Positions 9,999-18,670 of a DNA stretch of 54,083 nucleotides are shown piece after piece. A program made the position numbers and the translations under genes. Numbering within the stretch: the stretch's first letter is position 1; each line of letters starts with the position of its first letter. The stretch covers positions 1 through 54,083 of the forward strand of contig VFJJ01000176.1 of NCBI GenBank assembly GCA_009886115.1, read 5' to 3'. A model generated the notes under the pieces. It saw only the letters and a program-made list of their open reading frames with translations, searched no databases and was not told the DNA's origin. This DNA comes from Actinomycetota bacterium (lineage in GTDB: Bacteria > Actinomycetota > Acidimicrobiia > IMCC26256 > VFJJ01).

Positions 9999-10028
9999 AG
10001 ACGCACCCGGCGAGGTCCGCGGGTGACA
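9999..10028 (-). promoter_or_regulatory. candidate ECF-dependent autoregulatory promoter
   Basis: Minus strand TGTCACC...CGTCT about 10 nt upstream of the sigma ATG, resembling the CAAC/CGTC class of actinobacterial ECF promoters. Confidence 0.45.
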
Positions 10029-10121
10029 CGAGTCCCGCGGACGCCGCCGATCGCGCTGGCGGCGTTGCCGGGCACACCGAGCCCGAGCAACCGCCCGATC
10101 ATCATCGGAGCACGACCGCCC

Positions 10122-11267
10122 TCATGTCTGCCGTCTCTGACGAGTCAGCCAGGCCTCACGCTGACGGACGGTCGATACCACGGGATCGGTGTCGTACTTG
10201 GGGATCACGTGCTTGCCGTAGGTCTCGACGGCCTCGATGGCGATCTCGACGGGCATGGTGGTCGAGAGCATCCCGAACACGAGCTGGTCGGCGCCGGCAT
10301 CGGCGTAGCCCTGGGTGGCCTTGTCGCACTCCTCGGGGGTCCCCACGATCACGTGACCGGCGGCGATACGCGCTTCCATCTCGGCCGGCGTCGGCTCGGG
10401 AATGAGGTCGGGCCACACTGGGGCGCCTGCGGGCTTGGGAAACGTGTCGAGATAGCGGAACACGAGGCTGTTCTGGTAGCCCGATGTCATATTGCACGCG
10501 ATGTCACGCGCTTTCTGTCCGTCTTCCAAGCACAGCATCTGGCTCGTGACCATGATGTTGTTGTTGATGTAAGCCCCGGCCGGGTTATCGCACTTCTCGA
10601 TCTCGGTCTTATATGTCTCAATCAGCGGCTTGAGCGACTCGGGCGTACCCATGGTGAAGCAGAGGATCCCGATGCCCATCTGAGCGGCCTTCTTGAACGT
10701 TCCCGGCGAACCCGCGGCAACCCACAGCGGTGGGTGCGGCTTGGTGTAGGGCTTGGGCAGCACATTACGGGGCGGCATGGAGAAATACTTACCGTTATAG
10801 CTGTAGTCGGTGGAGCCCCACATGTCCTTGAACTGATAGACGACCTCGTCGAACATATTACGAGTTTCCTCGGGATCCTCGATGCCGAAACCGCGCTGCT
10901 CGAGGGTCGACGATCCCCGGCCCATACCGAGCTCGAAGCGGCCCTTGGAGAGGTGATCGAGCATGGCGACCCTCTCGGCGATCCGGGCGGGATGGTTGAC
11001 GGGCGGGGTGATGTTGAAGATGCCCGTCCCCAGGTGCATGCGCTCGGTCTTGGCCGCCAGGTAGCCGAGGAACGACTCGTTGGCCGACAGGTGCGAGTAC
11101 TCGTCGAGGAAGTGGTGCTCGGTGGCCCATGTGTACTTGAACCCGTTGCGGTCGGCGGCAATCGTGTACTCGAGCTCGTCCATCAGACGGAGGTGCTCGG
11201 CCTGTTCGCCGTTGCGCTCGCGCAGGTGCTTGGGCAGGTACAAGCTGTTGAAGACTCCGAACTCCAT
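10122..11267 (-). CDS. LLM class flavin-dependent oxidoreductase
   Basis: MEFGVF start after GAGGAG; WATEHHF, NHPARIAERVAMLDHLSKGRFELGMGRG, PKPYTKPHPPLWVAA. Confidence 0.92.
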   Translation of the reverse strand: MEFGVFNSLYLPKHLRERNGEQAEHLRLMDELEYTIAADRNGFKYTWATEHHFLDEYSHLSANESFLGYLAAKTERMHLGTGIFNITPPVNHPARIAERVAMLDHLSKGRFELGMGRGSSTLEQRGFGIEDPEETRNMFDEVVYQFKDMWGSTDYSYNGKYFSMPPRNVLPKPYTKPHPPLWVAAGSPGTFKKAAQMGIGILCFTMGTPESLKPLIETYKTEIEKCDNPAGAYINNNIMVTSQMLCLEDGQKARDIACNMTSGYQNSLVFRYLDTFPKPAGAPVWPDLIPEPTPAEMEARIAAGHVIVGTPEECDKATQGYADAGADQLVFGMLSTTMPVEIAIEAVETYGKHVIPKYDTDPVVSTVRQREAWLTRQRRQT

Positions 11268-11328
11268 GGGTGCGTGCTCCTCGGGGTGGGACGGGGGACG
11301 GGCGGGCGTACCAGGGTCGCGGCGGCCG

Positions 11329-11345
11329 TCTGACACTGTGTCAGA
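11329..11345. promoter_or_regulatory. 17-bp palindrome, candidate repressor operator
   Basis: TCTGACAC-T-GTGTCAGA between the divergent LLM and EamA genes. Confidence 0.55.
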
Positions 11346-11384
11346 GTCCCCGTCCCCACACCAAGAAGGCGGACCGTCAACCTG

Positions 11385-12371
11385 ATGACCGTCCTGCATC
11401 GCCCCCGCCCAATCGACATGGTGCTGCTCGTGATCGCCGTGACCGGCGTGTCGACATCGGCGCCGGTGATCCGGGAGGCCGCAGCGCCGGCGCTGGCCCT
11501 GGCCATGTGGCGCAACCTGCTGGGCGCGGCCGTCGTGGTGCCGGTGGCGCTGAGCACCCGGCGACGGCGAGACGCGCTGCGGGCCATGTCATCGCGCGAC
11601 AGGCGCCTTGCCGTCGCCGCCGGAGCCTTGCTGGGACTGCATTTCGCGCTGTGGATACCGTCGCTCTCGTATACCTCGGTGGCGTCGTCGGTGGCGCTCG
11701 TCGCCACGCAGCCCGTCTGGTCGGCGCTCATCGCCCACCTGCGCGGCGAGAACGTGAGCCGAGGGGCGTGGACGGGCATCCTCGTCGCCGTGGCCGGAGC
11801 CTTCGTCCTGTCGGGCTTCGATCTGTCGCTCTCGCGCCGGGCCCTCGGCGGCGACGCCCTGGCGTTACTGGGCGCGATCTGTGCCGCGGCCTACGTGGCC
11901 GTCGGAGCGCAGGCCCGCCAGACGCTCAGCACCACGAGCTACACGGCCGTCTGCTACAGCGTCGCGGCTGCGGGCCTGTTCGTCGCATGCCTCGTCGGCG
12001 ACGTGCAGCTCAGCGGTTTCTCGGCCCGCACGTGGTGGTGCATCGTGGCGCTCACCGTGGGCGCGCAGCTCCTCGGGCATTCGATCTTCAACCGGGTGCT
12101 GGCGACCACCTCGGCCACGGTTGTGTCGGTGTCGATCCTGGGTGAGGCCATCGGCGGGACGGTGCTGGCCTGGATCTGGTTCTCCGAGGCCCCGTCACGC
12201 GGGTTCTGGCCCGCCGCTGCGCTCATCTTCACGGGCGTCGTCCTCGTCGTCCGAGCCGGCCGGACGGCCGAGGGGGCCGGTGCCGGTGCGCTGGCACCCA
12301 GAAGTCTTCCGCCATCACCAACCCCGATACGAGCCCCTGCCGACGATCGCCCGGCCAAGGAGGAACAGTGA
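11385..12371 (+). CDS. DMT/EamA family transporter
   Basis: About 10 TMs; LGLHFALWIPSLSYTSVASSVALVATQP, GDALALLGA, QLLGHSIFN. Confidence 0.9.
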   Translation: MTVLHRPRPIDMVLLVIAVTGVSTSAPVIREAAAPALALAMWRNLLGAAVVVPVALSTRRRRDALRAMSSRDRRLAVAAGALLGLHFALWIPSLSYTSVASSVALVATQPVWSALIAHLRGENVSRGAWTGILVAVAGAFVLSGFDLSLSRRALGGDALALLGAICAAAYVAVGAQARQTLSTTSYTAVCYSVAAAGLFVACLVGDVQLSGFSARTWWCIVALTVGAQLLGHSIFNRVLATTSATVVSVSILGEAIGGTVLAWIWFSEAPSRGFWPAAALIFTGVVLVVRAGRTAEGAGAGALAPRSLPPSPTPIRAPADDRPAKEEQ

Positions 12372-12563
12372 CATCACAGATAGCGGTCAACGTGGCGGCG
12401 GCCAGTCCCGCCGAGCCTGATCCCCGAGTTGCGAAGCGAACGGGGCTGGGCCGAGGCGCGAGGCCCGGCAATCACCACGATCGTCGATCTGGTCGGGGAC
12501 CGGTTCACGCTCGACGAGACCCAGCGCGCCAAGCAGCCCGACTGGACCTACGCCACTGACTGA
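12368..12563 (+). pseudogene. degenerate gene remnant of unknown family (frameshift or internal deletion)
   Basis: Strong RBS (AAGGAGG) and GTGA coupling to the EamA stop, but the coding-like tail LIPELRSERGW...IVDLVGDRFTLDETQRAKQPDWTYATD* (stop 12561-12563) is in a different frame. Confidence 0.45.
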
Positions 12564-12647
12564 GGGGACCGTGGGTCGTCACTTGTAACGTGGACGGGAC
12601 GCGTGCGCCTGAGCGCACGGAGCGCAGGAGGGCACGGGCGAGTGGCG

Positions 12648-13610
12648 GTGAGCGACACGGCGACGATGGGCACGCCATCGTGCACCGACCCGGTGGCGCT
12701 GCACGAGTGGTATCCGATCAGCGCGCTCGTCGAGATCACACCGGGCCTCGTACATCGCACACAACTCCTCGGCGGCGCCATCAGCTACACCCGCACGCCA
12801 GGCGGCAGCCGCCCTGTGGTGTGGCCGTCGGGAGGCGAGGCCAGCGGAGCCGAAGTCGACGGTTTGGCCGTCGATCATCAGCTACCCGTGCGGGTGAAGT
12901 TCGGATACGTCTGGACGACGCTGGGCCGGCCCGAGCACGAGCTGTTCGACATCGCCGAGTGCGATGAGGCCGATCGCCGGATCCAGAACGGCGGCAGCAT
13001 CATGGTGGCCACGTCGGCGCCCCGGGCCATCGAGAACTTCCTCGACATGGGCCACTTCCCGTATGTGCACACGGGAATCCTCGGTGCCGAGCCCCGCACC
13101 GAGGTGCTCGAGTACGACGTCGAGGTCACCGACGAGGAGATCCTCGCCACACGCTGCCTGTTCTTCCAGCCCCAAGCGGCGCTCAGCGCCAGCGACGGGC
13201 AGATGACCGAGTACGTGTACCGGGTGCCGCACCCGTACTGCGTGATGCTCTACAAGTCGGTCCCGACCGACGCCAGCCGCATGGACGTGATCGCCCTGTT
13301 CTGCCAGCCGATGACCGAGGAGCGGGTGCGGGCCCACAACTTCTTGTGCATGGTCGACGCCGTCAACTCCGACACCGCGCTGAAACGCTTCCAGCAGCTC
13401 ATCTTCGGCCAGGACAAGCCCATCCTCGAGAACCAGTCGCCCAGGCGGCTCCCCCTCGACCCCCGGGCCGAGACGCCGATCAGGGCCGACAAGAGCTCGA
13501 TCAGCTATCGCCGTTGGCTGAGCGCCAAGGGCCTGACCTACGCCGTCATCCCAGCGACCGCCCCGTCCCCCACGCCCGCTCCCACGCCCGCTCCGACGCG
13601 GTCGAGCTGA
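12648..13610 (+). CDS. ndmC: Rieske-less non-heme iron oxygenase, NdmC-like methylxanthine N7-demethylase subunit
   Basis: Mononuclear Fe motif RAIENFLDMGHFPYVH and FQQLIFGQD...RLPLDPRAETPIRAD present, no CxH/CxxH Rieske ligands; resembles Pseudomonas NdmC as recalled; start uncertain (12642/12648/12666). Confidence 0.8.
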   Translation: MSDTATMGTPSCTDPVALHEWYPISALVEITPGLVHRTQLLGGAISYTRTPGGSRPVVWPSGGEASGAEVDGLAVDHQLPVRVKFGYVWTTLGRPEHELFDIAECDEADRRIQNGGSIMVATSAPRAIENFLDMGHFPYVHTGILGAEPRTEVLEYDVEVTDEEILATRCLFFQPQAALSASDGQMTEYVYRVPHPYCVMLYKSVPTDASRMDVIALFCQPMTEERVRAHNFLCMVDAVNSDTALKRFQQLIFGQDKPILENQSPRRLPLDPRAETPIRADKSSISYRRWLSAKGLTYAVIPATAPSPTPAPTPAPTRSS

Positions 13611-13621
13611 GCCGGACCGGA

Positions 13622-15505
13622 GTGGAACCCGACCCGAGCACCTCCTGGTATCCGGTCGCCCGAAGCGACGATCTCCCGCTGCGCCATGTGTTCCAAGGGG
13701 AACTGCTGGGCCGCGAGCTGGCGATCTGGCGGGCCGACGACGGGTTCGTGAACGTCTGGGAGAACCGGTGCCTGCACCGTGGGGTCCGACTGTCGATCGG
13801 GTTGAACGAGGGCCGTGAGCTCCGGTGCCAGTACCACGGATGGCGATATGCCAACCGCACGGCTGGCTGCACGTACATCCCCGCGCATCCGGCCGACGCG
13901 CCAGCACGCGTCATCTGCAACGTGACCTTTCCCGCAGTCGAGCGCTACGGCCTGGTTTGGACCTGCGACTCGCCGGGCGGCGTGGCTCCGGGCGACGGGC
14001 CGCCGGTGCTGGCCGCGCTCGAAGCGGCGGCTCCCCTCGGTTTGCGCAACCTGCCCGTCAACGCCGAGCCGTCCACCGTGCTCGACGAGCTCGCGGCGTA
14101 CGCCTTTGTTCCCACCGGGCTGCTGGCCCAACGCACCGCCCACGACCGCCCGGTCGCCGGCTCCGCGACTCTGGGTACGGAGGAACTCGGCGCGGAGGTG
14201 AGCGTCACCGATCGAGGTCACTCGTGGATCGAGCTCACCGCCCGGATGGGTGAAGCCGCGAGCAGGGTGGTGCTGTTCGTACAGCCCGTCGACTCGGCCC
14301 GTTCGGTCGTCCGGGGCGTCCTGGCCGGCGGTGCCGACGGTGCCGACGGTGCCGACGGTGCCGGCGTGCACTCTCCTGAACGCGACCAGATGGCCGTGCT
14401 GCGCCATCATCACCGCGAGCTCTCACGGCTACGAGACGCGATCGAGGATCGAGCGGCGAGACGGCCCTCCCCCGTCCCGATGACACCCCGCCTCCAACAG
14501 GTGCGGCTGCGCCCCGCAGAATCCGCTCTTGAGCACGATCGGCGTGACGGCGGGCGCCGGACGGGGCTGCGGGTCAGCGTGGCTCGGCGCTGGGACACCG
14601 CCGACGCAATCGTGGCCTTCGAGCTCCGTCAGCTCGACGGGCTGCTCCCGACACCCCGGCCCGGTGCTCACATCGACGTGGAGCTCCCCAACGGGTTGGT
14701 CCGGCAATATTCGCTCGTCAACGGTCCGGGAGAAACGGACCGTTACCTCATCGGTGTGAAGCGCGAGCCCGCCTCGCGCGGCGGATCGGCTTGCCTGCAC
14801 GACACGGTGATCGTCGGTGACGTGCTCGCCATCTCAGAGCCCCGCAACAACTTCCCGCTCCGGCGCGACTCCTTCCGCACGATCCTTATCGCCGGCGGGA
14901 TCGGCATCACGCCATTGCTCTCGATGGCCCAGGCGCTGCACTGGAGCGGCCACACCTACGAGCTCCACTACTTCGCGCAATCGGCCGGGCACGTGGCGTT
15001 CACGGAGATCCTCGATTCACTCGGGCCGGACGTCACGACCCATCTCGGCCTCGACCCGTCGGGGACGGGGTCCGTGCTCACGCGATTACTGTCCGACCCC
15101 GAGGACGGCGGCCACGTGTACGTCTGCGGCCCCGGGCCGATGCTCGACGCCACCAGGAACACGGCCACGACTGCGGGTTGGCCCGACCATGCCGTGCACT
15201 TCGAGTACTTCACCAACGCCACGGAGATCGACTCCAGCTCCAGCTTCGAGGTCGAGTTGGCCCGCAGCGCGCTGACGCTGCCCGTTCCCGCGGGATCGTC
15301 GATCATGGACGTGTTGCGCGCCAACGGCGTAGCCGTGGCGTCGTCGTGCGAGCAGGGCGCCTGCGGAACCTGCCTGACGGCGGTGATCGCGGGCGAGCCC
15401 GACCACCAGGACGTGTATCTCAACGCATCCGAGCGTCGAGCCGGCGACCGGATGGCCATCTGCGTCTCCCGATCACGCTCGCCTCGGCTCGTGCTCGACA
15501 TCTGA
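13622..15505 (+). CDS. ndmD: Rieske domain fused to PDR/VanB-type reductase, NdmD-like
   Basis: N-terminal WENRCLHRG...CQYHGW; RQYSL (FMN), AGGIGITP and CGPGPM (NAD), CEQGACGTC...C (plant-type 2Fe-2S). Confidence 0.85.
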   Translation: MEPDPSTSWYPVARSDDLPLRHVFQGELLGRELAIWRADDGFVNVWENRCLHRGVRLSIGLNEGRELRCQYHGWRYANRTAGCTYIPAHPADAPARVICNVTFPAVERYGLVWTCDSPGGVAPGDGPPVLAALEAAAPLGLRNLPVNAEPSTVLDELAAYAFVPTGLLAQRTAHDRPVAGSATLGTEELGAEVSVTDRGHSWIELTARMGEAASRVVLFVQPVDSARSVVRGVLAGGADGADGADGAGVHSPERDQMAVLRHHHRELSRLRDAIEDRAARRPSPVPMTPRLQQVRLRPAESALEHDRRDGGRRTGLRVSVARRWDTADAIVAFELRQLDGLLPTPRPGAHIDVELPNGLVRQYSLVNGPGETDRYLIGVKREPASRGGSACLHDTVIVGDVLAISEPRNNFPLRRDSFRTILIAGGIGITPLLSMAQALHWSGHTYELHYFAQSAGHVAFTEILDSLGPDVTTHLGLDPSGTGSVLTRLLSDPEDGGHVYVCGPGPMLDATRNTATTAGWPDHAVHFEYFTNATEIDSSSSFEVELARSALTLPVPAGSSIMDVLRANGVAVASSCEQGACGTCLTAVIAGEPDHQDVYLNASERRAGDRMAICVSRSRSPRLVLDI

Positions 15506-15524
15506 TCTCGCGGGAGCCCCGACC

Positions 15525-16214
15525 ATGATGAAGATCTACGACTACGAGCTGTCGGTGAACTGCTACAAGCAGCGACTGTTGCTGGGGATCCTCGGGGTGC
15601 CCTACGAGTCGATTCCCGTCGATTTCTTTCCCGGCTGGGAGCACAAGGGCGAGGCGTTCGCCGAGATCAACCCGCTCGGCCACATTCCCGTCATCGACGA
15701 CGACGGCTACATCCTGCGCGATGCGCAGGCCATCCTCGTGTATCTGGCGCTGCGTTACGACCCGAGTGGCCTGTGGTATCCCGTGACCGATCCCCGGGTT
15801 GCCGGTGAGGTGGCCTCGTGGATGGCCTTCGCCGAGGGCACCACCAACACCGCGTCGGCCGCCCGTCTGCACGACACGCTGGGCTACCCGTTCGACATCG
15901 ACACCGTGAGAGCCGGAGCGCAGAAGCTGTTCCGGGTGCTCGACGACCACGTGTGGTTCCACGAGCAGCAGGAGCGTCCGTGGGTGGCGTCAGCGCCCCA
16001 TCCCACCATCGCCGACCTGGCCCTGTTCCCCGACGTGATGCTCTCCGAGCAGGGCGGCATCAGCCTGCTCGACTACCCGGCCCTGCGTCGCTGGACCGAT
16101 CGGGTCAAGCACATCCCGGGCTTCACGGTGATGTCGGGGATCTTCCCGGCCCCCGCCGGCGCAGCCCCCGCCGGCGCAGCCCCCGGCGGCGCGACCGTTG
16201 GGCGCCCGCGATGA
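15525..16214 (+). CDS. ndmE: glutathione S-transferase-like protein, NdmE-like
   Basis: YDYELSVNCYK, INPLGHIPV, LRDAQAILVYLA, SAARLHD, PTIADLA, RRWTDRVK; directly follows the ndmD-like gene. Confidence 0.82.
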   Translation: MMKIYDYELSVNCYKQRLLLGILGVPYESIPVDFFPGWEHKGEAFAEINPLGHIPVIDDDGYILRDAQAILVYLALRYDPSGLWYPVTDPRVAGEVASWMAFAEGTTNTASAARLHDTLGYPFDIDTVRAGAQKLFRVLDDHVWFHEQQERPWVASAPHPTIADLALFPDVMLSEQGGISLLDYPALRRWTDRVKHIPGFTVMSGIFPAPAGAAPAGAAPGGATVGRPR

Positions 16215-17317
16215 CCGTCGACGAGTGGTTCCCCGTGGCGGCTGACGATCCGGCGACCACCGACGACGCAGCCCCGGATCCGATCGCCGACGAGTGGTTC
16301 CCCGTGGCGACAGCCACGGAGGTGACGCCGGGGACGGTCCATCCGTTCCAGCTGCTCGACGAACGGTACGTGCTCCTCGCCGCCAACGACGCCAACGACG
16401 CCAGCGTGACCGTGGTGCGCGACACCTGTCCCCACCGGGGCGCCCAGCTCAGCCTGGGGCGCTTCGACGGCGATCGCCTCGAGTGCGCGTATCACGGATG
16501 GCAGTTCGACACCTCGGGACGCTGCCGGCACCAACCGGCCCATCCCGATGCCACGCCGTCCGAGGCTTCCAACCTCAGGCCGGTGCGGGTGAGCCGGGCC
16601 TACGACCTGTACTGGGTCTGCCTGGGCGACGAGCCCCGCAACCTGCCGTACTACCCGGCCTTTCACCTCCACCCCGGCCGCACCACGATCTGCGCGCCCA
16701 AGCGGGTGCGAACGTCGGGCCCGCGCATCGTCGAGAACTTCCTCGACATGGCCCACTTCCCGTTCGTGCACGGGGGTTACCTGGGGACGGCGCCCCACAC
16801 CGAGGTCCGCGACCACGAGATCGCCAGCGTCGACGGGGAGCTGAGGGCCATCAATTGCACCTTTTGGCAGCCCCAGCCCGGTCCCGGCGCCGGCCAGGGT
16901 GGCGACGTGGAGTACACCTACGGCGTCTCGCACCCGTACGCCGCCAGGCTGGTGAAGATCCCGAGCGAGGCCGACGGGGGCGCCGCCGAGGCTTTCGAGA
17001 TCCTTCTGGCCGTGAGCCCGGAGTCGGAGCTGTCGTGCCGGGCCTGGATGCTCACGACTGCGCACAGCCCGTCGGCCGATCTCGATTCCTTCAACGAGTT
17101 CGGCGCGCTGATCTTCGGCCAGGACGTCGCAGTCGTCGAGTCCCAACGCCCGGCGCGACTCCCCCTCGACCCCCGGGCCGAGCAGCACCAACGAGCCGAC
17201 CGGACGAGCCTGGCCTACCGCCGCTGGCTCGTCGCCCGAGGCATCCGCTACGGCACGTCCCGCAACGAGCCGGAGCGCGGCGGGACGGGCCCGACGGGTT
17301 CGGCTCGCAAGCCGTGA
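16211..17317 (+). CDS. Rieske non-heme iron oxygenase (VanA/Ndm family)
   Basis: CPHRG...CAYHGW Rieske ligands; ENFLDMAHFPFVH; IFGQD; ATGA overlap with the GST stop. Confidence 0.88.
   Translation: MTVDEWFPVAADDPATTDDAAPDPIADEWFPVATATEVTPGTVHPFQLLDERYVLLAANDANDASVTVVRDTCPHRGAQLSLGRFDGDRLECAYHGWQFDTSGRCRHQPAHPDATPSEASNLRPVRVSRAYDLYWVCLGDEPRNLPYYPAFHLHPGRTTICAPKRVRTSGPRIVENFLDMAHFPFVHGGYLGTAPHTEVRDHEIASVDGELRAINCTFWQPQPGPGAGQGGDVEYTYGVSHPYAARLVKIPSEADGGAAEAFEILLAVSPESELSCRAWMLTTAHSPSADLDSFNEFGALIFGQDVAVVESQRPARLPLDPRAEQHQRADRTSLAYRRWLVARGIRYGTSRNEPERGGTGPTGSARKP
16219..16309 (+). repeat. 22-bp in-frame direct repeat duplicating DEWFPVA
   Basis: CGACGAGTGGTTCCCCGTGGCG at 16219-16240 and 16288-16309 (69-bp spacing). 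Confidence 0.85.
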
Positions 17318-17405
17318 GCGGTCAGGTGCCCGTCAGGCAGCGGCAACGGCCGGTTCATCGCCTGCGTGCGGGACGTGCCCGACGACCCACGTAGATTTCC
17401 CGGTT

Positions 17406-18542
17406 ATGACCCATGTGAACCTTCCCAAGCGGCGCCGCGTGCTGAGTGCGCTGGCGCTGGTCCTGTCGATCTCGCTGCTGGCCGCGGCCTGCGGCGACGA
17501 CGACGACGACGACGCCACCTCGACCGAAGCTCCCACCGACACCACCGCAGCGGCCGCCACCGACACGACCGCAGCCGCGGATCCGGCGACGGCCACCACC
17601 GAGGCTGCAGCGGCGGCTCCCGCCAACTCCGACGCCCCCAAGCTGGCGATCGTCTACTCGGCCGACTGGCTCGATGGGTCGTGGGGCCAGGCGGCGTTCG
17701 ACGGGGCCAACGGCCTCCTCGAGTCTGGCGTGATCTCCGACCTGCTGCTGCAGGAAAACGTGCCGCCGGGCGCCGAGGCGCAGCGTGCACTGCGGGCTGC
17801 TGCCGAGGACGGCTTCAACCCGATCATCGCCCACTCGTTCGACTACGGCGACGACGTGAAGGCAGTGGCCGCCGACTTCCCCGAGACGATCTTCGTGTAC
17901 GCCGGGGGCTTCGGCGACGTGGCCGCCAACGTGGGCGACTACGACCAGCCCTTCTACCAGGCGTCGTACCTGTCGGGCATCCTGGCGGCCGGCGTGCAGG
18001 GCGAAGGCAACGTCGCCGGAGCCGGCGGCTTCGAGATCCCCGCCTGCTACTCGATGTACGAGGCCTACCTGGCTGGTGCCCAGGCGGTGCTGCCCGACAC
18101 GACCGGCAGCTTCGTGGCCGTGGGCGACTGGTACGACGTGCAGCTGGCCAAGGAAGCCGCGCTCGGTCAGCAGGCCGACGGCGCCACGATGTTCGTGGGC
18201 TGCGGTCAGGGCCCGACGTTCGGCCAGATCGAGGCCGCCAACGACACCGACGGAGTCTCGACGGGCTACGTCGGCGACATGGCCGAAGTGGGCCCGTCGG
18301 TCGTGTCGTCGTTCATCTGGCGCCTCGACAAGGTCTTCGAGCTGATCGTGGCCGACGTGGCCGCGGGCAAGACCGAGGCGCAGTACTACTCAGTGCCACT
18401 CGCCGCCGGCGGTATGGATCTGGTCATCTCCGATGCCTGGGCCGACCAGATCCCGGCCGACACCTTGGCCCTGTTCGAAGAGCGCCTGGCGGCCATCCAG
18501 GACGGAAGCTTCGAGGTTCCCTTCGTTCCCGAGGCTGGGTGA
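17406..18542 (+). CDS. BMP/PnrA family ABC substrate-binding lipoprotein (purine nucleoside type)
   Basis: Lipobox LAAAC; DGSWGQAAFDG, IIAHSFDYG, VAADFPET, YQASYLSGILA, GDWYD. Confidence 0.88.
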   Translation: MTHVNLPKRRRVLSALALVLSISLLAAACGDDDDDDATSTEAPTDTTAAAATDTTAAADPATATTEAAAAAPANSDAPKLAIVYSADWLDGSWGQAAFDGANGLLESGVISDLLLQENVPPGAEAQRALRAAAEDGFNPIIAHSFDYGDDVKAVAADFPETIFVYAGGFGDVAANVGDYDQPFYQASYLSGILAAGVQGEGNVAGAGGFEIPACYSMYEAYLAGAQAVLPDTTGSFVAVGDWYDVQLAKEAALGQQADGATMFVGCGQGPTFGQIEAANDTDGVSTGYVGDMAEVGPSVVSSFIWRLDKVFELIVADVAAGKTEAQYYSVPLAAGGMDLVISDAWADQIPADTLALFEERLAAIQDGSFEVPFVPEAG

Positions 18543-18565
18543 TCTCAACCTCACACCATCCCGAT

Positions 18566-18605
18566 CCTTCGGGCAGGGCGGGCCCGTGCTCGCCCTGCCC
18601 GAAGG
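18566..18605 (+). terminator. 15-bp stem-loop after the substrate-binding protein gene (terminator or mRNA stabiliser)
   Basis: CCTTCGGGCAGGGCG / CGCCCTGCCCGAAGG exact reverse complements. Confidence 0.7.
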
Positions 18606-18670
18606 TTGCCGGTCGGTCGTGAGGTGGCAGAGACTTCCGAGATGCCATGTGTATGGGGGGCCCGAGCCTG

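Noticed and set aside
13346..13621. N-terminal extensions given by the ORF track (ndmD-like gene; also 1645, 15818, 20685, 23122, 24110, 25470, 43910)
   Set aside because: They overlap neighbouring genes or leaders; downstream starts with an RBS or stop-start coupling fit the family N-termini better
14329..14364. Short tandem repeats in coding linkers (GGTGCCGAC x3; similar ones near 3890, 6145, 13570, 16150, 20240)
   Set aside because: In-frame low-complexity Gly/Ala/Pro linkers with unit lengths in multiples of 3; no sign of phase variation
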